A DNA stretch of 64,000 bases from Antedon mediterranea (lineage: Eukaryota; Animalia; Echinodermata). The stretch is from the NCBI RefSeq assembly GCF_964355755.1, contig NC_092675.1, positions 12,891,812 through 12,955,811 of the forward strand. The letters are read 5' to 3'. Positions 25,001 to 39,520 of this stretch are shown here, one piece after another (position 1 is the first letter of the stretch; the number at the start of each line of letters is the position of its first letter). A program made the translations under genes and the position numbers. The notes under the pieces were generated by a model. That model was not told the origin of the DNA. It was given only the letters and a program-made list of their open reading frames with translations, and searched no databases.

Positions 25001-28000
25001 CATTTGGAGACGTTTTAGACCAATTTGTGATTTTCGAAAAAACTTATCAACATAAAAACACCAAAGGGTTTAGAATAGCTTCAAATCGCATTTGGAGACG
25101 TTATAGACCATTTTGTGATTTTGAAAAAACTTGTTAACATAAAAACACCAAAGTGCTTAGAATAGCTTCAAATCGCATTTGGAGACGTTTTAGACCATTT
25201 TGTGATTTTCGAAAAAACTTGTTAACATAAAAACACCAAAGTGCTTAGAATAGCTTCAAATCGTATTTGGAGACGTTTTAGACCATTTTGAGATTTTCGA
25301 AAAAACTTGGTTACACAAAAACATCAAAGTGCTTAAAATCACATTATAAACCGTTTTAGACCATTTTGAACATTTCGATAACACTTTTCACACAAAAACA
25401 TCAAAGAGCACAAAATAGCTTAATATCGTATTTAAAAACGTTTTAGACCATTTTGAGCATTTCGACAAAACTTTTTCACACAAAACACCAAAGTGCTTAG
25501 AATAGCTTCAAATCGCATTTGGAGACGTTTTAGACCAATTTGTGCATTTCGATGAAACTTGATTACACAAAAACATCAAAGAGCACAAAATCACATTATA
25601 AACCGTTTTAGACCATTTTGAGCATTTCGATAACACTTTTCACACAAAAACATCAAAGAGCACAAAATAGCTTAATATCGTATTTAAAAACGTTTTAGAC
25701 CATTTTGAGCATTTAGACAAAACTTTTTCACACAAAACACCAAAGTGCTTAGAATAGCTTCAAATAACATTTGGAGACGTTTTAGACCATTTTGTGCATT
25801 TCGATGAAACTTGGTTACACAAAAACATCAAAGTGCTTAAAATCACATTATAAATCTTTTTAGACCATTTTGAGCATTTCGACAAAACTTTTTCACACAA
25901 AATATCAAAGGGCTTAGAATAGCTTCAAATCGCATTTGGAGACGTTTTAGACCATTTTGTGATTTTCGAAAAAACTTGTTAACATAAAAACACGAAAGTG
26001 CTTAGAATAGCTTCAAATCGCATTTGGAGACGTTTTAGACCATTTTGTGATTTTCGAAAAAACTTGTTAACATAAAAACACGAAAGTGCTTAGAATCACA
26101 TTATAAACCGTTTTAGACCATTTTGAGCATTTCGATAACAATTTTCACACAAAAACATCAAAGAGCACAAAATAGCTTAATATCGTATTTAAAAATGTTT
26201 TAGACCATTTTGAGCATTTAGATAAAACTTTTTCACACAAAACACCAAAGTGCTTAGAATAGCTTCAAATCGCATTTGGAGACGTTTTAGACCATTTTGT
26301 GATTTTTGAAAAAACTTGTTAACATAAAAACACCAAAGTGCTTAGAATAGCTTCAAATCACATTTGGAGATGTTTTAGACCATTTTGTGATTTTTGAAAA
26401 AACTTGTTAACATAAAAACACGAAAGTGCTTAGAATAGCTTCAAATCACATTTGGAGACGTTTTAGACCATTTTGTGATTTTTGAAAAAACTTGTTAACA
26501 TAAAAACACGAAAGTGCTTAGAATAGCTTCAAATCGCATTTGGAAACGTTTTAGACCATTTTGTGATTTTCGAAAAAGATTGTTAACATAAAAACACCAA
26601 TGTGCTTAGAATCACATTATAAACCGTTTTAGACCATTTTGAGCATTTCGATAACAATTTTCACACAAAAACATCAAAGAGCACAAAATAGCTTAATATC
26701 GTATTTATAAATGTTTTAGACCATTTTGAGCATTTCGACAAAACTTTTTCACACAAAACACCAAAGTGCTTAGAATAGCTTCAAATCGCATTTGGAGACG
26801 TTTTTTATACCATTTTGTGATTTCGATGAAACTTGATTACACAAAAACATCAAAGTGCTTAAAATCACATTATAAACCGTTTTAGACCATTTTGAGCATT
26901 TCGATAACACTTTTCACACAAAAACATCAAAGAGCACAAAATAGCTTAATATCGTATTTAAAAACGTTTTAGACCATTTTGAGCATTTAGACAAAACTTT
27001 TTCACACAAAACACCAAAGTGCTTAGAATAGCTTCAAATCGCATTTGGAGACGTTTTAGAATATTTTGTGTTTTTCGAAAAAAACTGTTAACATAAAAAC
27101 ACCAAAGTGCTTAGAATAGCTTCAAATCACATTTGGAGACGTTTTAGAACATTTTGTGTTCTTCGAAAAAACCTGTTAACATAAAAACACCAAAGTGCTT
27201 AGAATAGCTTCAAATCGCATTTGGAGACGTTTTAGACCATTTTGTGATTTTTGAAAAAACTTGTTAACATAAAAACACCAAAGTGCTTAGAATAGCTTCA
27301 AATCACATTTGGAGACGTTTTAGACCATTTTGTGATTTTCGAAAAAACTTGTTAACATAAAAACACGAAAGTGCTTAGAATAGCTTCAAATCGCATTTAG
27401 AAACGTTTTAGACCATTTTGTGATTTTCGAAAAAGATTGTTAACATAAAAACACCAAAGTGCTTAGAATCACAATATAAACCGTTTTAGACCATTTTGAG
27501 CATTTCGATAACAATTTTCACACAAAAACATCAAAGAGCACAAAATAGCTTAATATCGTATTTAAAAATGTTTTAGACCATTTTGAGCATTTAGACAAAA
27601 CTTTTTCACACAAAACACCAAAGTGCTTAGAATAGCTTCAAATCGCATTTGGAGACGTTTTAGACCATTTTGTGCATTTCGATGAAACTTGGTTACACAA
27701 AAACATCAAAGTGCTTAAAATCACATTATAAATCGTTTTAGACCATTTTGAGCATTTCGACAAAACTTTTTCACACAAAATACCAAAAGGCTTAGAATAG
27801 CTTCAAATCGCATTTGGAGACGTTTTAGACCATTTTGTGATTTTCGAAAAAACTTTTTAACATAAAAAGACCAAAGTGCTTAGAATAGCTTCAAATCACA
27901 TTTGGAGACGTTTTAGACCATTTTGTGATTTTCGAAAAAACTTGTTAACATAAAAACACGAAAGTGCTTAGAATAGCTTCAAATCGCATTTGGAAACGTT

Positions 28001-31000
28001 TTAGACCATTTTGTGATTTTCGAAAAAAATTGTTAACATAAAAACACCAAAGTGCTTAGAATCACATTATAAACCGTTTTAGACCATTTTGAGCATTTCG
28101 ATAACAATTTTCACACAAAAACATCAAAGAGCACAAAATAGCTTAATATCGTATTTAAACATGTTTTAGACCATTTTGAGCATTTAGATAAAACTTTTTC
28201 ACACAAAACACCAAAGTGCTTAGAATAGCTTCAAATCGCATTTGGAGACGTTTTAGACCATTTTGTGATTTTTGAAAAAACTTGTTAACATAAAAACACC
28301 AAAGTGCTTAGAATAGCTTCAAATCACATTTGGAGACGTTTTAGACCATTTTGTGATTTTCGAAAAAACTTGTTAACATAAAAACACGAAAGTGCTTAGA
28401 ATAGCTTCAAATCGCATTTGGAGACGTTTTAGACCATTTTGTGATTTTCGAAAAAACTTGTTAACATAAAAACACGAAAGTGCTTAGAATAGCTTCAAAT
28501 CGCATTTGGAAACGTTTTAGACCATTTTGTGATTTCCGAAAAAAATTGTTAACATAAAAACACCAAAGTGTTTAGAATTGCTTCAAATCGCATTTGGAGA
28601 CGTTTTAGACCAATTTGTGATTTTCGAAAAAACTTATCAACATAAAAACACCAAAGGGTTTAGAATAGCTTCAAATCGCATTTGGAGACGTTTTAGACCA
28701 TTTTGTGATTTTCGAAAAAACTTGTTAACATAAAAACACCAAAGTGCTTAGAATAGCTTCAAATCGTATTTGGAGACGTTTTAGACCATTTTGAGATTTT
28801 CGAAAAAACTTGGTTACACAAAAACATCAAAGTGCTTAAAATTACATTATAAACCGTTTTAGACCATTTTGAACATTTCGATAACACTTTTCACACAAAA
28901 ACATCAAAGAGCACAAAATAGCTTAATATCGTATTTAAAAACGTTTTAGACCATTTTGAGCATTTCGACAAAACTTTTTCACACAAAACACAAAAGTGCT
29001 TAGAATAGCTTCAAATCGCATTTGGAGACGTTTTAGACCAATTTGTGCATTTCGATGAAACTTGATTACACAAAAACATCAACGTGCTTAAAATCACATT
29101 ATAAACCGTTTTAGACCATTTTGAGCATATCGATAACACTTTTCACACAAAAACATCAAAGAGCACAAAATAGCTTAATATCGTATTTAAAAACGTTTTA
29201 GACCATTTTGAGCATTTAGACAAAACTTTTTCACAAAAAACACCAAAGTGCTTAGAATAGCTTCAAATAACATTTGGAGACGTTTTAGACCATTTTGTGC
29301 ATTTCGATGAAACTTGGTTACACAAAAACATCAAAGTGCTTAAAATCACATTATAAATCGTTTTAGACCATTTTGAGCATTTCGACAAAACTTTTTCACA
29401 CAAAATATCAAAGGGCTTAGAATAGCTTCAAATCGCATTTGGAGACGTTTTAGACCATTTTGTGATTTTCGAAAAAACTTTTTAACATAAAAACACCAAA
29501 GTGCTTAGAATAGCTTCAAATCACATTTGGAGACGTTTTAGACCATTTTGTGATTTTCGAAAAAACTTGTTAACATAAAAACACGAAAGTGCTTAGAATA
29601 GCTTCAAATCGCATTTGGAAACGTTTTAGACCATTTTGTGATTTTCGAAAAAAATTGTTAACATAAAAACACCAAAGTGCTTAGAATCACATTATAAACC
29701 GTTTTAGACCATTTTGAGCATTTCGATAACAATTTTCACACAAAAACATCAAAGAGCACAAAATAGCTTAATATCGTATTTAAAAATGTTTTAGACCATT
29801 TTGAGCATTTAGATAAAACTTTTTCACACAAAACACCAAAGTGCATTTGGAGACGTTTTAGACCATTTTGTGATTTTTGAAAAAACTTGTTAACATAAAA
29901 ACACCAAAGTGCTTAGAATAGCTTACATTCGCATTTGGAGACGTTTTAGACCAATTTGTGATTTTTGAAAAAACTTGTTAACATAAAAACACCAAAGTGC
30001 TTAGAATAGCTTCAAATCACATTTGGAGACGTTTTAGACCATTTTGTGATTTTGAACAAACTTGTTAACATAAAAACACCAAAGTGCTTAGAATAGCTTC
30101 AAATCGCATTTGGAGACGTTTTAGACCATTTTGTGATTTTCGAAAAAACTTGTTAACATAAAAACACCAAAGTGCTTAGAATAGCTTCAAATCGTATTTG
30201 GAGACGTTTTAGACCATTTTGAGATTTTCGAAAAAACTTGGTTACACAAAAACATCAAAGTGCTTAAAATCACATTATAAACCGTTTTAGACCATTTTGA
30301 GCATTTCGATAACACTTTTCACACAAAAACATCAAAGAGCACAAAATAGCTTAATATCGTATTTTAAAACGTTTTAGACCATTTTGAGCATTTCGACAAA
30401 ACTTTTTCACACAAAACACCAAAGTGCTTAGAATAGCTTCAAATCGCATTTGGAGACGTTTTAGACCAATTTGTGCATTTCGATGAAACTTGATTACACA
30501 AAAACATCAAAGTGCTTAAAATCACATTATAAACCGTTTTAGACCATTTTGAGCATTTTGTTAACACTTTTCACACAAAAACATCAAAGAGCACAAAATA
30601 GCTTAATATCGTATTTAAAAACGTTTTAGACCATTTTGAGCATTTAGACAAAACTTTTTCACACAAAACACCAAAGTGCTTAGAATAGCTTCAAATCGCA
30701 TTTGGAGACGTTTTAGACCATTTTGTGCATTTCGATGAAACTTGGTTACACAAAAACATCAAAGTGCTTAAAATCACATTATAAATCGTTTTAGACCATT
30801 TTGAGCATTTCGACAAAACTTTTTCACACAAAATACCAAAGTGCTTAGAATAGCTTCAAATCGCATTTCGAGACGTTTTAGACCATTTTGTGATTTTCGA
30901 AAAAACTTTTTAACATAAAAACACCAAAGTGCTTAGAATAGCTTCAAATCACATTTGGAGACATTTTAGACCATTTTGTGATTTTCGAAAAAACTTGTTA

Positions 31001-34000
31001 ACATAAAAACACGAAAGTGCTTAGAATAGCTTCAAATCGCATTTGGAAACGTTTTAGACCATTTTGTGATTTTCGAAAAAAATTGTTAACATAAAAACAC
31101 CAAAGTGCTTAGAATCACATTATAAACCGTTTTAGACCATTTTGAGCATTTCGATAACAATTTTCACACAAAAACATCAAAGAGCACAAAATAGCTTAAT
31201 ATCGTATTTAAAAATGTTTTAGACCATTTTGAGCATTTAGATAAAACTTTTTCACACAAAACACCAAAGTGCTTAGAATAGCTTCAAATCGCATTTGGAG
31301 ACGTTTTAGACCATTTTGTGATTTTTGAAAAAACTTGTTAACATAAAAACACCAAAGTGCTTAGAATAGCTTCAAATCACATTTGGAGACGTTTTAGACC
31401 ATTTTGTGATTTTCGAAAAAACTTTTTAACATAAAAACACCAAAGTGCTTAGAATAGCTTCAAATCACATTTGGAGACGTTTTAGACCATTTTGTGATTT
31501 TTGAAAAAACTTGTTAACATAAAAACACGAAAGTGCTTAGAATAGCTTCAAATCGCATTTGGAAACGTTTTAGACCATTTTGTGATTTTCGAAAAAGATT
31601 GTTAACATAAAAACACCAAAGTGCTTAGAATCACATTATAAACCGTTTTAGACCATTTTGAGCATTTCGATAACAATTTTCACACAAAAACATCAAAGAG
31701 CACAAAATAGCTTAATATCGTATTTAAAAATGTTTTAGACCATTTTGAGCATTTAGATAAAACTTTTTCACACAAAACACCAAAGTGCTTAGAATAGCTT
31801 CAAATCGCATTTGGAGACGGTTTAGACCATTTTGTGATTTTGAAAAAACTTGTTAACATAAAAACACCAAAGTGCTTAGAATAGCTTCAAATCGCATTTG
31901 GAGACGTTTTAGACCATTTTGTGATTTTCGAAAAAACTTGTTAACATAAAAACACCAAAGTGCTTAGAATAGCTTCAAATCGTATTTGGAGACGTTTTAG
32001 ACCATTTTGAGATTTTCGAAAAAACTTGGTTACACAAAAACATCAAAGTGCTTAAAATCACATTATAAACCGTTTTAGACCATTTTGAGCATTTCGATAA
32101 CACTTTTCACACAAAAACATCAAAGAGCACAAAATAGCTTAATATCGTATTTAAAAACGTTTTAGAACATTTTGAGCATTTCGACAAAACTTTTTCACAC
32201 AAAACACCAAAGTGCTTAGAATAGCTTCAAATCGCATTTGGAGACGTTTTAGACCATTTTGTGCATTTCGATGAAACTTGATTACACAAAAACATCAAAG
32301 TGCTTAAAATCACATTATAAACCATTTTAGACCATTTTGAGCATTTCGATAAAACTTTTCACACAAAAACATCAAAGAGCACAAAATAGCTTAATATCGT
32401 ATTTAAAAACGTTTTAGACCATTTTGAGCATTTAGACAAAACTTTTTCACACAAAACACCAAAGTGCTTAGAATAGCTTCAAATCGCATTTGGAGACGTT
32501 TTAGACCATTTTGAGCATTTCGATGGAACTTGGTTACACAAAAACATCAAAGTGCTTAAAATCACATTATAAATCGTTTTAGACCATTTTGAGCATTTCG
32601 ACAAAACTTTTTCACACAAAATACAAAAGTGCTTAGAATAGCTTCAAATCGCATTTGGAGACGTTTTAGACCATTTTGTGATTTTCGAAAAAACTTTTTA
32701 ACATAAAAACACCAAAGTGCTTAGAATAGCTTCAAATCACATTTGGAGACGTTTTAGACCATTTTGTGATTTTCGAAAAAACTTGTTAACATAAAAACAC
32801 GAAAGTGCTTAGAATAGCTTCAAATCGCATTTAGAAACGTTTTAGACCATTTTGTGATTTTCGAAAAAAATTGTTAACATAAAAACACCAAAGTGCTTAG
32901 AATCACATTATAAACCGTTTTAGACCATTTTGAGCATTTCGATAACAATTTTCACACAAAAACATCAAAGAGCACAAAATAGCTTAATATCGTATTTAAA
33001 AATGTTTTAGACCATTTTGAGCATTTAGATAAAACTTTTTCACACAAAACACCAAAGTGCTTAGAATAGTTTCAAATCGCATTTGGAGACGTTTTAGACC
33101 AATTTGTGATTTTTGAAAAAACTTGTTTACATAAAAACACCAAAGTGCTTAGAATAGCTTCAAATCACATTTGGAGACGTTTTAGACCATTTTGTGATTT
33201 TGAACAAACTTGTTAACATAAAAACACCAAAGTGCTTAGAATAGCTTCAAATCGCATTTGGAGACGTTTTAGACCATTTTGTGATTTTCGAAAAAACTTG
33301 TTAACATAAAAACACGAAAGTGCTTAGAATAGCTTCAAATCGCATTTGGAAACGTTTTAGACCATTTTGTGATTTTCGAAAAAGATTGTTAACATAAAAA
33401 CACCAAAGTGCTTAGAATCACAATATAAACCGTTTTAGACCATTTTGAGCATTTCGATAACAATTTTCACACAAAAACATCAAAGAGCACAAAATAGCTT
33501 AATATCGTATTTAAAAATGTTTTAGACCATTTTGAGCATTTAGATAAAACTTTTTCACACAAAACACCAAAGTGCTTAGAATAGCTTCAAATCGCATTTG
33601 GAGACGGTTTAGACCATTTTGTGATTTTGAAAAAACTTGTTAACATAAAAACACCAAAGTGCTTAGAATAGCTTCAAATCGCATTTGGAGACGTTTTAGA
33701 CCATGTTGTGATTTTCGAAAAAACTTGTTAACATAAAAACACCAAAGTGCTTAGAATAGCTTCAAATCGTATTTGGAGACGTTTTAGACCATTTTGAGAT
33801 TTTCGAAAAAACTTGGTTACACAAAAACATCAAAGTGCTTAAAATCACATTATAAACCGTTTTAGACCATTTTGAACATTTCGATAACACTTTTCACACA
33901 AAAACATCAAAGAGCACAAAATAGCTTAATATCGTATTTAAAAACGTTTTAGACCATTTTGAGCATTTCGACAAAACTTTTTCACACAAAACACCAAAGT

Positions 34001-34545
34001 GCTTAGAATAGCTTAAAATCGCATTTGGAGACGTTTTAGACCAATTTGTGCATTTCGATGAAACTTGATTACACAAAAACATCAACGTGCTTAAAATCAC
34101 ATTATAAACCGTTTTAGACCATTTTGAGCATTTCGATAACACTTTTCACACAAAAACATCAAAGAGCACAAAATAGCTTAATATCGTATTTAAAAACGTT
34201 TTAGACCATTTTGAGCATTTAGACAAAACTTTTTCACACAAAACACCAAAGTGCTTAGAATAGCTTCAAATCGCATTTGGAGACGTTTTAGACCATTTTG
34301 TGCATTTCGATGAAACTTGGTTACACAAAAACATCAAAGTGCTTCAAATGACATTATAAATCGTTTTAGACCATTTTGAGCATTTCGACAAAACTTTTTC
34401 ACACAAAATACCAAAGGGCTTAGAATAGCTTCAAATCGCATTTGGAGACGTTTTAGACCATTTTGTGATTTTCGAAAAAACTTTTTAACATAAAAACACC
34501 AAAGTGCTTAGAATAGCTTCAAATCACATTTGGAGACGTTTTAGA

Positions 34546-37500
34546 CCATAAGTGCTTAGAATCACATTATAAACCGTTTTAGACCATTTTGAGCATTTCG
34601 ATAACAATTTTAACACAAAAACATCAAAGAGCACAAAATAGCTTAATATCGTATTTAAAAATGTTTTAGACCATTTTGAGCATTTAGATAAAACTTTTTC
34701 ACACAAAACACCAAAGTGCTTAGAATAGCTTACATTCGCATTTGGAGACGTTTTAGACCAATTTGTGATTTTTGAAAAAACTTGTTAACATAAAAACACC
34801 AAAGTGCTTAGAATAGCTTCAAATCACATTTGGAGACGTTTTAGACCATTTTGTGATTTTGAACAAACTTGTTAACATAAAAACACCAAAGTGCTTAGAA
34901 TAGCTTCAAATCGCATTTGGAGACGTTTTAGACCATTTTGTGATTTTCGAAAAAACTTGTTAACATAAAAACACCAAAGTGCTTAGAATAGCTTCAAATC
35001 GTATTTGGAGACGTTTTAGACCATTTTGAGATTTTCGAAAAAACTTGGTTACACAAAAACATCAAAGTGCTTAAAATCACATTATAAACCGTTTTAGACC
35101 ATTTTGAGCATTTCGATAACACTTTTCACACAAAAACATCAAAGAGCACAAAATAGCTTAATATCGTATTTAAAAACGTTTTAGACCATTTTGAGCATTT
35201 CGACAAAACTTTTTCACACAAAACACCAAAGTGCTTAGAATAGCTTCAAATCGCATTTGGAGACGTTTTAGACCAATTTGTGCATTCCGATGAAACTTGA
35301 TTACACAAAAACATCAAAGTGCTTAAAATCACATTATAAACCGTTTTAGACCATTTTGAGCATTTCAATAACACTTTTCACACAAAAACATCAAAGAGCA
35401 CAAAATAGCTTAATATCGTATTTAAAAACGTTTTAGACCATTTTGAGCATTTAGACAAAACTTTTTCACACAAAACACCAAAGTGCTTAGAATAGCTTCA
35501 AATCGCATTTGGAGACGTTTTAGACCATTTTGTGCATTTCGATGAAACTTGGTTACACAAAAACATCAAAGTGCTTAAAATCACATTATAAATCGTTTTA
35601 GACCATTTTGAGCATTTCGACAAAACTTTTTCACACAAAATACCAAAGTGCTTAGAATAGCTTCAAATCGCATTTGGAGACGTTTTAGACCATTTTGTGA
35701 TTTTCGAAAAAACTTTTTAACATAAAAACACCAAAGTGCTTAGAATAGCTTCAAATCACATTTGGAGACGTTTTAGACCATAAGTGCTTAGAATCACATT
35801 ATAAACCGTTTTAGACCATTTTGAGCATTTCGATAACAATTTTAACACAAAAACATCAAAGAGCACAAAATAGCTTAATATCGTATTTAAAAATGTTTTA
35901 GACCATTTTGAGCATTTAGATAAAACTTTTTCACACAAAACACCAAAGTGCTTAGAATAGCTTCAAATCGCATTTGGAGACGTTTTAGACCAATTTGTGA
36001 TTTTTGAAAAAACTTGTTAACATAAAAACACCAAAGTGCTTAGAATAGCTTCAAATCACATTTGGAGACGTTTTAGACCATTTTGTGATTTTGAAAAAAC
36101 TTGTTAACATAAAAACACCAAAGTGCTTAGAATAGCTTCAAATCGCATTTGGAGACGTTTTAGACCATTTTGTGATTTTCGAAAAAACTTGTTAACATAA
36201 AAACACCAAAGTGCTTAGAATAGCTTCAAATCGTATTTGGAGACGTTTTAGACCATTTTGAGATTTTCGAAAAAACTTGGTTACACAAAAACATCAAAGT
36301 GCTTAAAATCACATTATAAACCGTTTTAGACCATTTTGAGCATTTCGATAACACTTTTCACACAAAAACTTCAAAGAGCACAAAATAGCTTAATATCGTA
36401 TTTAAAAACGTTTTAGACCATTTTGAGCATTTCGACAAAACTTTTTCACACAAAACACCAAAGTGCTTAGAATAGCTTCAAATCGCATTTGGAGACGTTT
36501 TAGACCAATTTGTGCATTTCGATGAAACTTGATTACACAAAAACATCAAAGTGCTTAAAATCACATTATAAACCGTTTTAGACCATTTTGAGCATTTCGA
36601 TAAAACTTTTCACACAAAAACATCAAAGAGCACAAAATAGCTTAATATCGTATTTAAAAACGTTTTAGACCATTTTGAGCATTTAGACAAAACTTTTTCA
36701 CACAAAACACCAAAGTGCTTAGAATAGCTTCAAATCGCATTTGGAGACGTTTTAGACCATTTTGTGCATTTCGATGGAACTTGGTTACACAAAAACATCA
36801 AAGTGCTTAAAATCACATTATAAATCGTTTTAGACCATTTTGAGCATTTCGACAAAACTTTTTCACACAAAATACAAAAGTGCTTAGAATAGCTTCAAAT
36901 CGCATTTGGAGACGTTTTAGACCATTTTGTGATTTTCGAAAAAACTTTTTAACATAAAAACACCAAAGTGCTTAGAATAGCTTCAAATCACATTTGGAGA
37001 CGTTTTAGACCAATTTGTGATTTTCGAAAAAACTTGTTAACATAAAAACACGAAAGTGCTTAGAATAGCTTCAAATCGCATTTAGAAACGTTTTAGACCA
37101 TTTTGTGATTTTCGAAAAAAATTGTTAACATAAAAACACCAAAGTGCTTAGAATCACATTATAAACCGTTTTAGACCATTTTGAGCATTTCGATAACAAT
37201 TTTCACACAAAAACATCAAAGAGCACAAAATAGCTAAATATCGTATTTAAAAATGTTTTAGACCATTTTGAGCATTTAGATAAAACTTTTTCACACAAAA
37301 CACCAAAGTGCTTAGAATAGCTTCAAATCGCATTTGGAGACGTTTTAGACCAATTTGTGATTTTTGAAAAAACTTGTTAACATAAAAACACCAAAGTGCT
37401 TAGAATAGCTTCAAATCACATTTGGAGACGTTTTAGACCATTTTGTGATTTTGAACAAACTTGTTAACATAAAAACACCAAAGTGCTTAGAATAGCTTCA

Positions 37501-39520
37501 AATCGTATTTGGAGACGTTTTAGACCATTTTGAGATTTTCGAAAAAACTTGGTTACACAAAAACATCAAAGTGCTTAAAATCACATTATAAACCGTTTTA
37601 GACCATTTTGAGCATTTCGATAACACTTTTCACACAAAAACATCAAAGAGCACAAAATAGCTTAATATCGTATTTAAAAACGTTTTAGACCATTTTGAGC
37701 ATTTCGACAAAACTTTTTCACACAAAACACCAAAGTGCTTAGAATAGCTTCAAATCGCATTTGGAGACGTTTTAGACCAATTTGTGCATTTCGATGAAAC
37801 TTGATTACACAAAAACATCAAAGTGCTTAAAATCACATTATAAACCGTTTTAGACCATTTTGAGCATTTCGATAACACTTTTCACACAAAAACATCAAAG
37901 AGCACAAAATAGCTTAATATCGTATTTAAAAACGTTTTAGACCATTTTGAGCATTTAGACAAAACTTTTTCACACAAAACACCAAAGTGCTTAGAATAGC
38001 TTCAAATCGCATTTGGAGACGTTTTAGACCATTTTGTGCATTTCGATGAAACTTGGTTACACAAAAACATCAAAGTGCTTAAAATCACATTATAAATCGT
38101 TTTAGACCATTTTGAGCATTTTGACAAAACTTTTTCACACAAAATACCAAAGTGCTTAGAATAGCTTCAAATCGCATTTGGAGACGTTTTAGACCATTTT
38201 GTGATTTTCGAAAAAACTTTTTAACATAAAAACACCAAAGTGCTTAGAATAGCTTCAAATCACATTTGGAGACGTTTTAGACCATAAGTGCTTAGAATCA
38301 CATTATAAACCGTTTTAGACCATTTTGAGTATTTCGATAACAATTTTAACACAAAAACATCAAAGAGCACAAAATAGCTTAATATCGTATTTAAAAATGT
38401 TTTAGACCATTTTGAGCATTTAGATAAAACTTTTTCACACAAAACACCAAAGTGCTTAGAATAGCTTCAAATCGCATTTGGAGACGTTTTAGACCAATTT
38501 GTGATTTTTGAAAAAACTTGTTAACATAAAAACACCAAAGTGCTTAGAATAGCTTCAAATCACATTTGGAGACGTTTTAGACCATTTTGTGATTTTGAAC
38601 AAACTTGTTAACATAAAAACACGAAAGTGCTTAGAATAGCTTCAAATCGCATTTGGAGACGTTTTAGACCATTTTGTGATTTTCGAAAAAACTTGTTAAC
38701 ATAAAAACACCAAAGTGCTTAGAATAGCTTCAAATCGTATTTGGAGACGTTTTAGACCATTTTGAGATTTTCGAAAAAACTTGGTTACACAAAAACATCA
38801 AAGTGCTTAAAATCACATTATAAACCGTTTTAGACCATTTTGAGCATTTCGATAACACTTTTCACACAAAAACATCAAAGAGCACAAAATAGCTTAATAT
38901 CGTATTTAAAAACGTTTTAGACCATTTTGAGCATTTCGACAAAACTTTTTCACACAAAACACCAAAGTGCTTAGAATAGCTTCAAATCGCATTTGGAGAC
39001 GTTTTAGACCAATTTGTGCATTTCGATGAAACTTGATTACACAAAAACATCAAAGTGCTTAAAATCACATTATAAACCGTTTTAGACCATTTTGAGCATT
39101 TCGATAACACTTTTCACACAAAAACATCAAAGAGCACAAAATAGCTTAATATCGTATTTAAAAACGTTTTAGACCATTTTGAGCATTTAGACAAAACTTT
39201 TTCACACAAAACACCAAAGTGCTTAGAATAGCTTCAAATCGCATTTGGAGACGTTTTAGACCATTTTGTGCATTTCGATGAAACTTGGTTACACAAAAAC
39301 ATCAAAGTGCTTAAAATCACATTATAAATCGTTTTAGACCATTTTGAGCATTTCGACAAAACTTTTTCACACAAAATACCAAAGTGCTTAGAATAGCTTC
39401 AAATCGCATTTCGAGACGTTTTAGACCATTTTGTGATTTTCGAAAAAACTTTTTAACATAAAAACACCAAAGTGCTTAGAATAGCTTCAAATCACATTTG
39501 GAGACGTTTTAGACCATAAG
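34546..39520 (+). repeat. Higher-order repeat region with ~1232 bp unit marked by deletion junction AGACCATAAGTG
   Basis: Junction at 34546, 35778, 38282 and 39514 (spacings 1232, 2504, 1232). The ORF track independently shows the same peptide at 34524 and 35756 (offset 1232). Confidence 0.85.
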
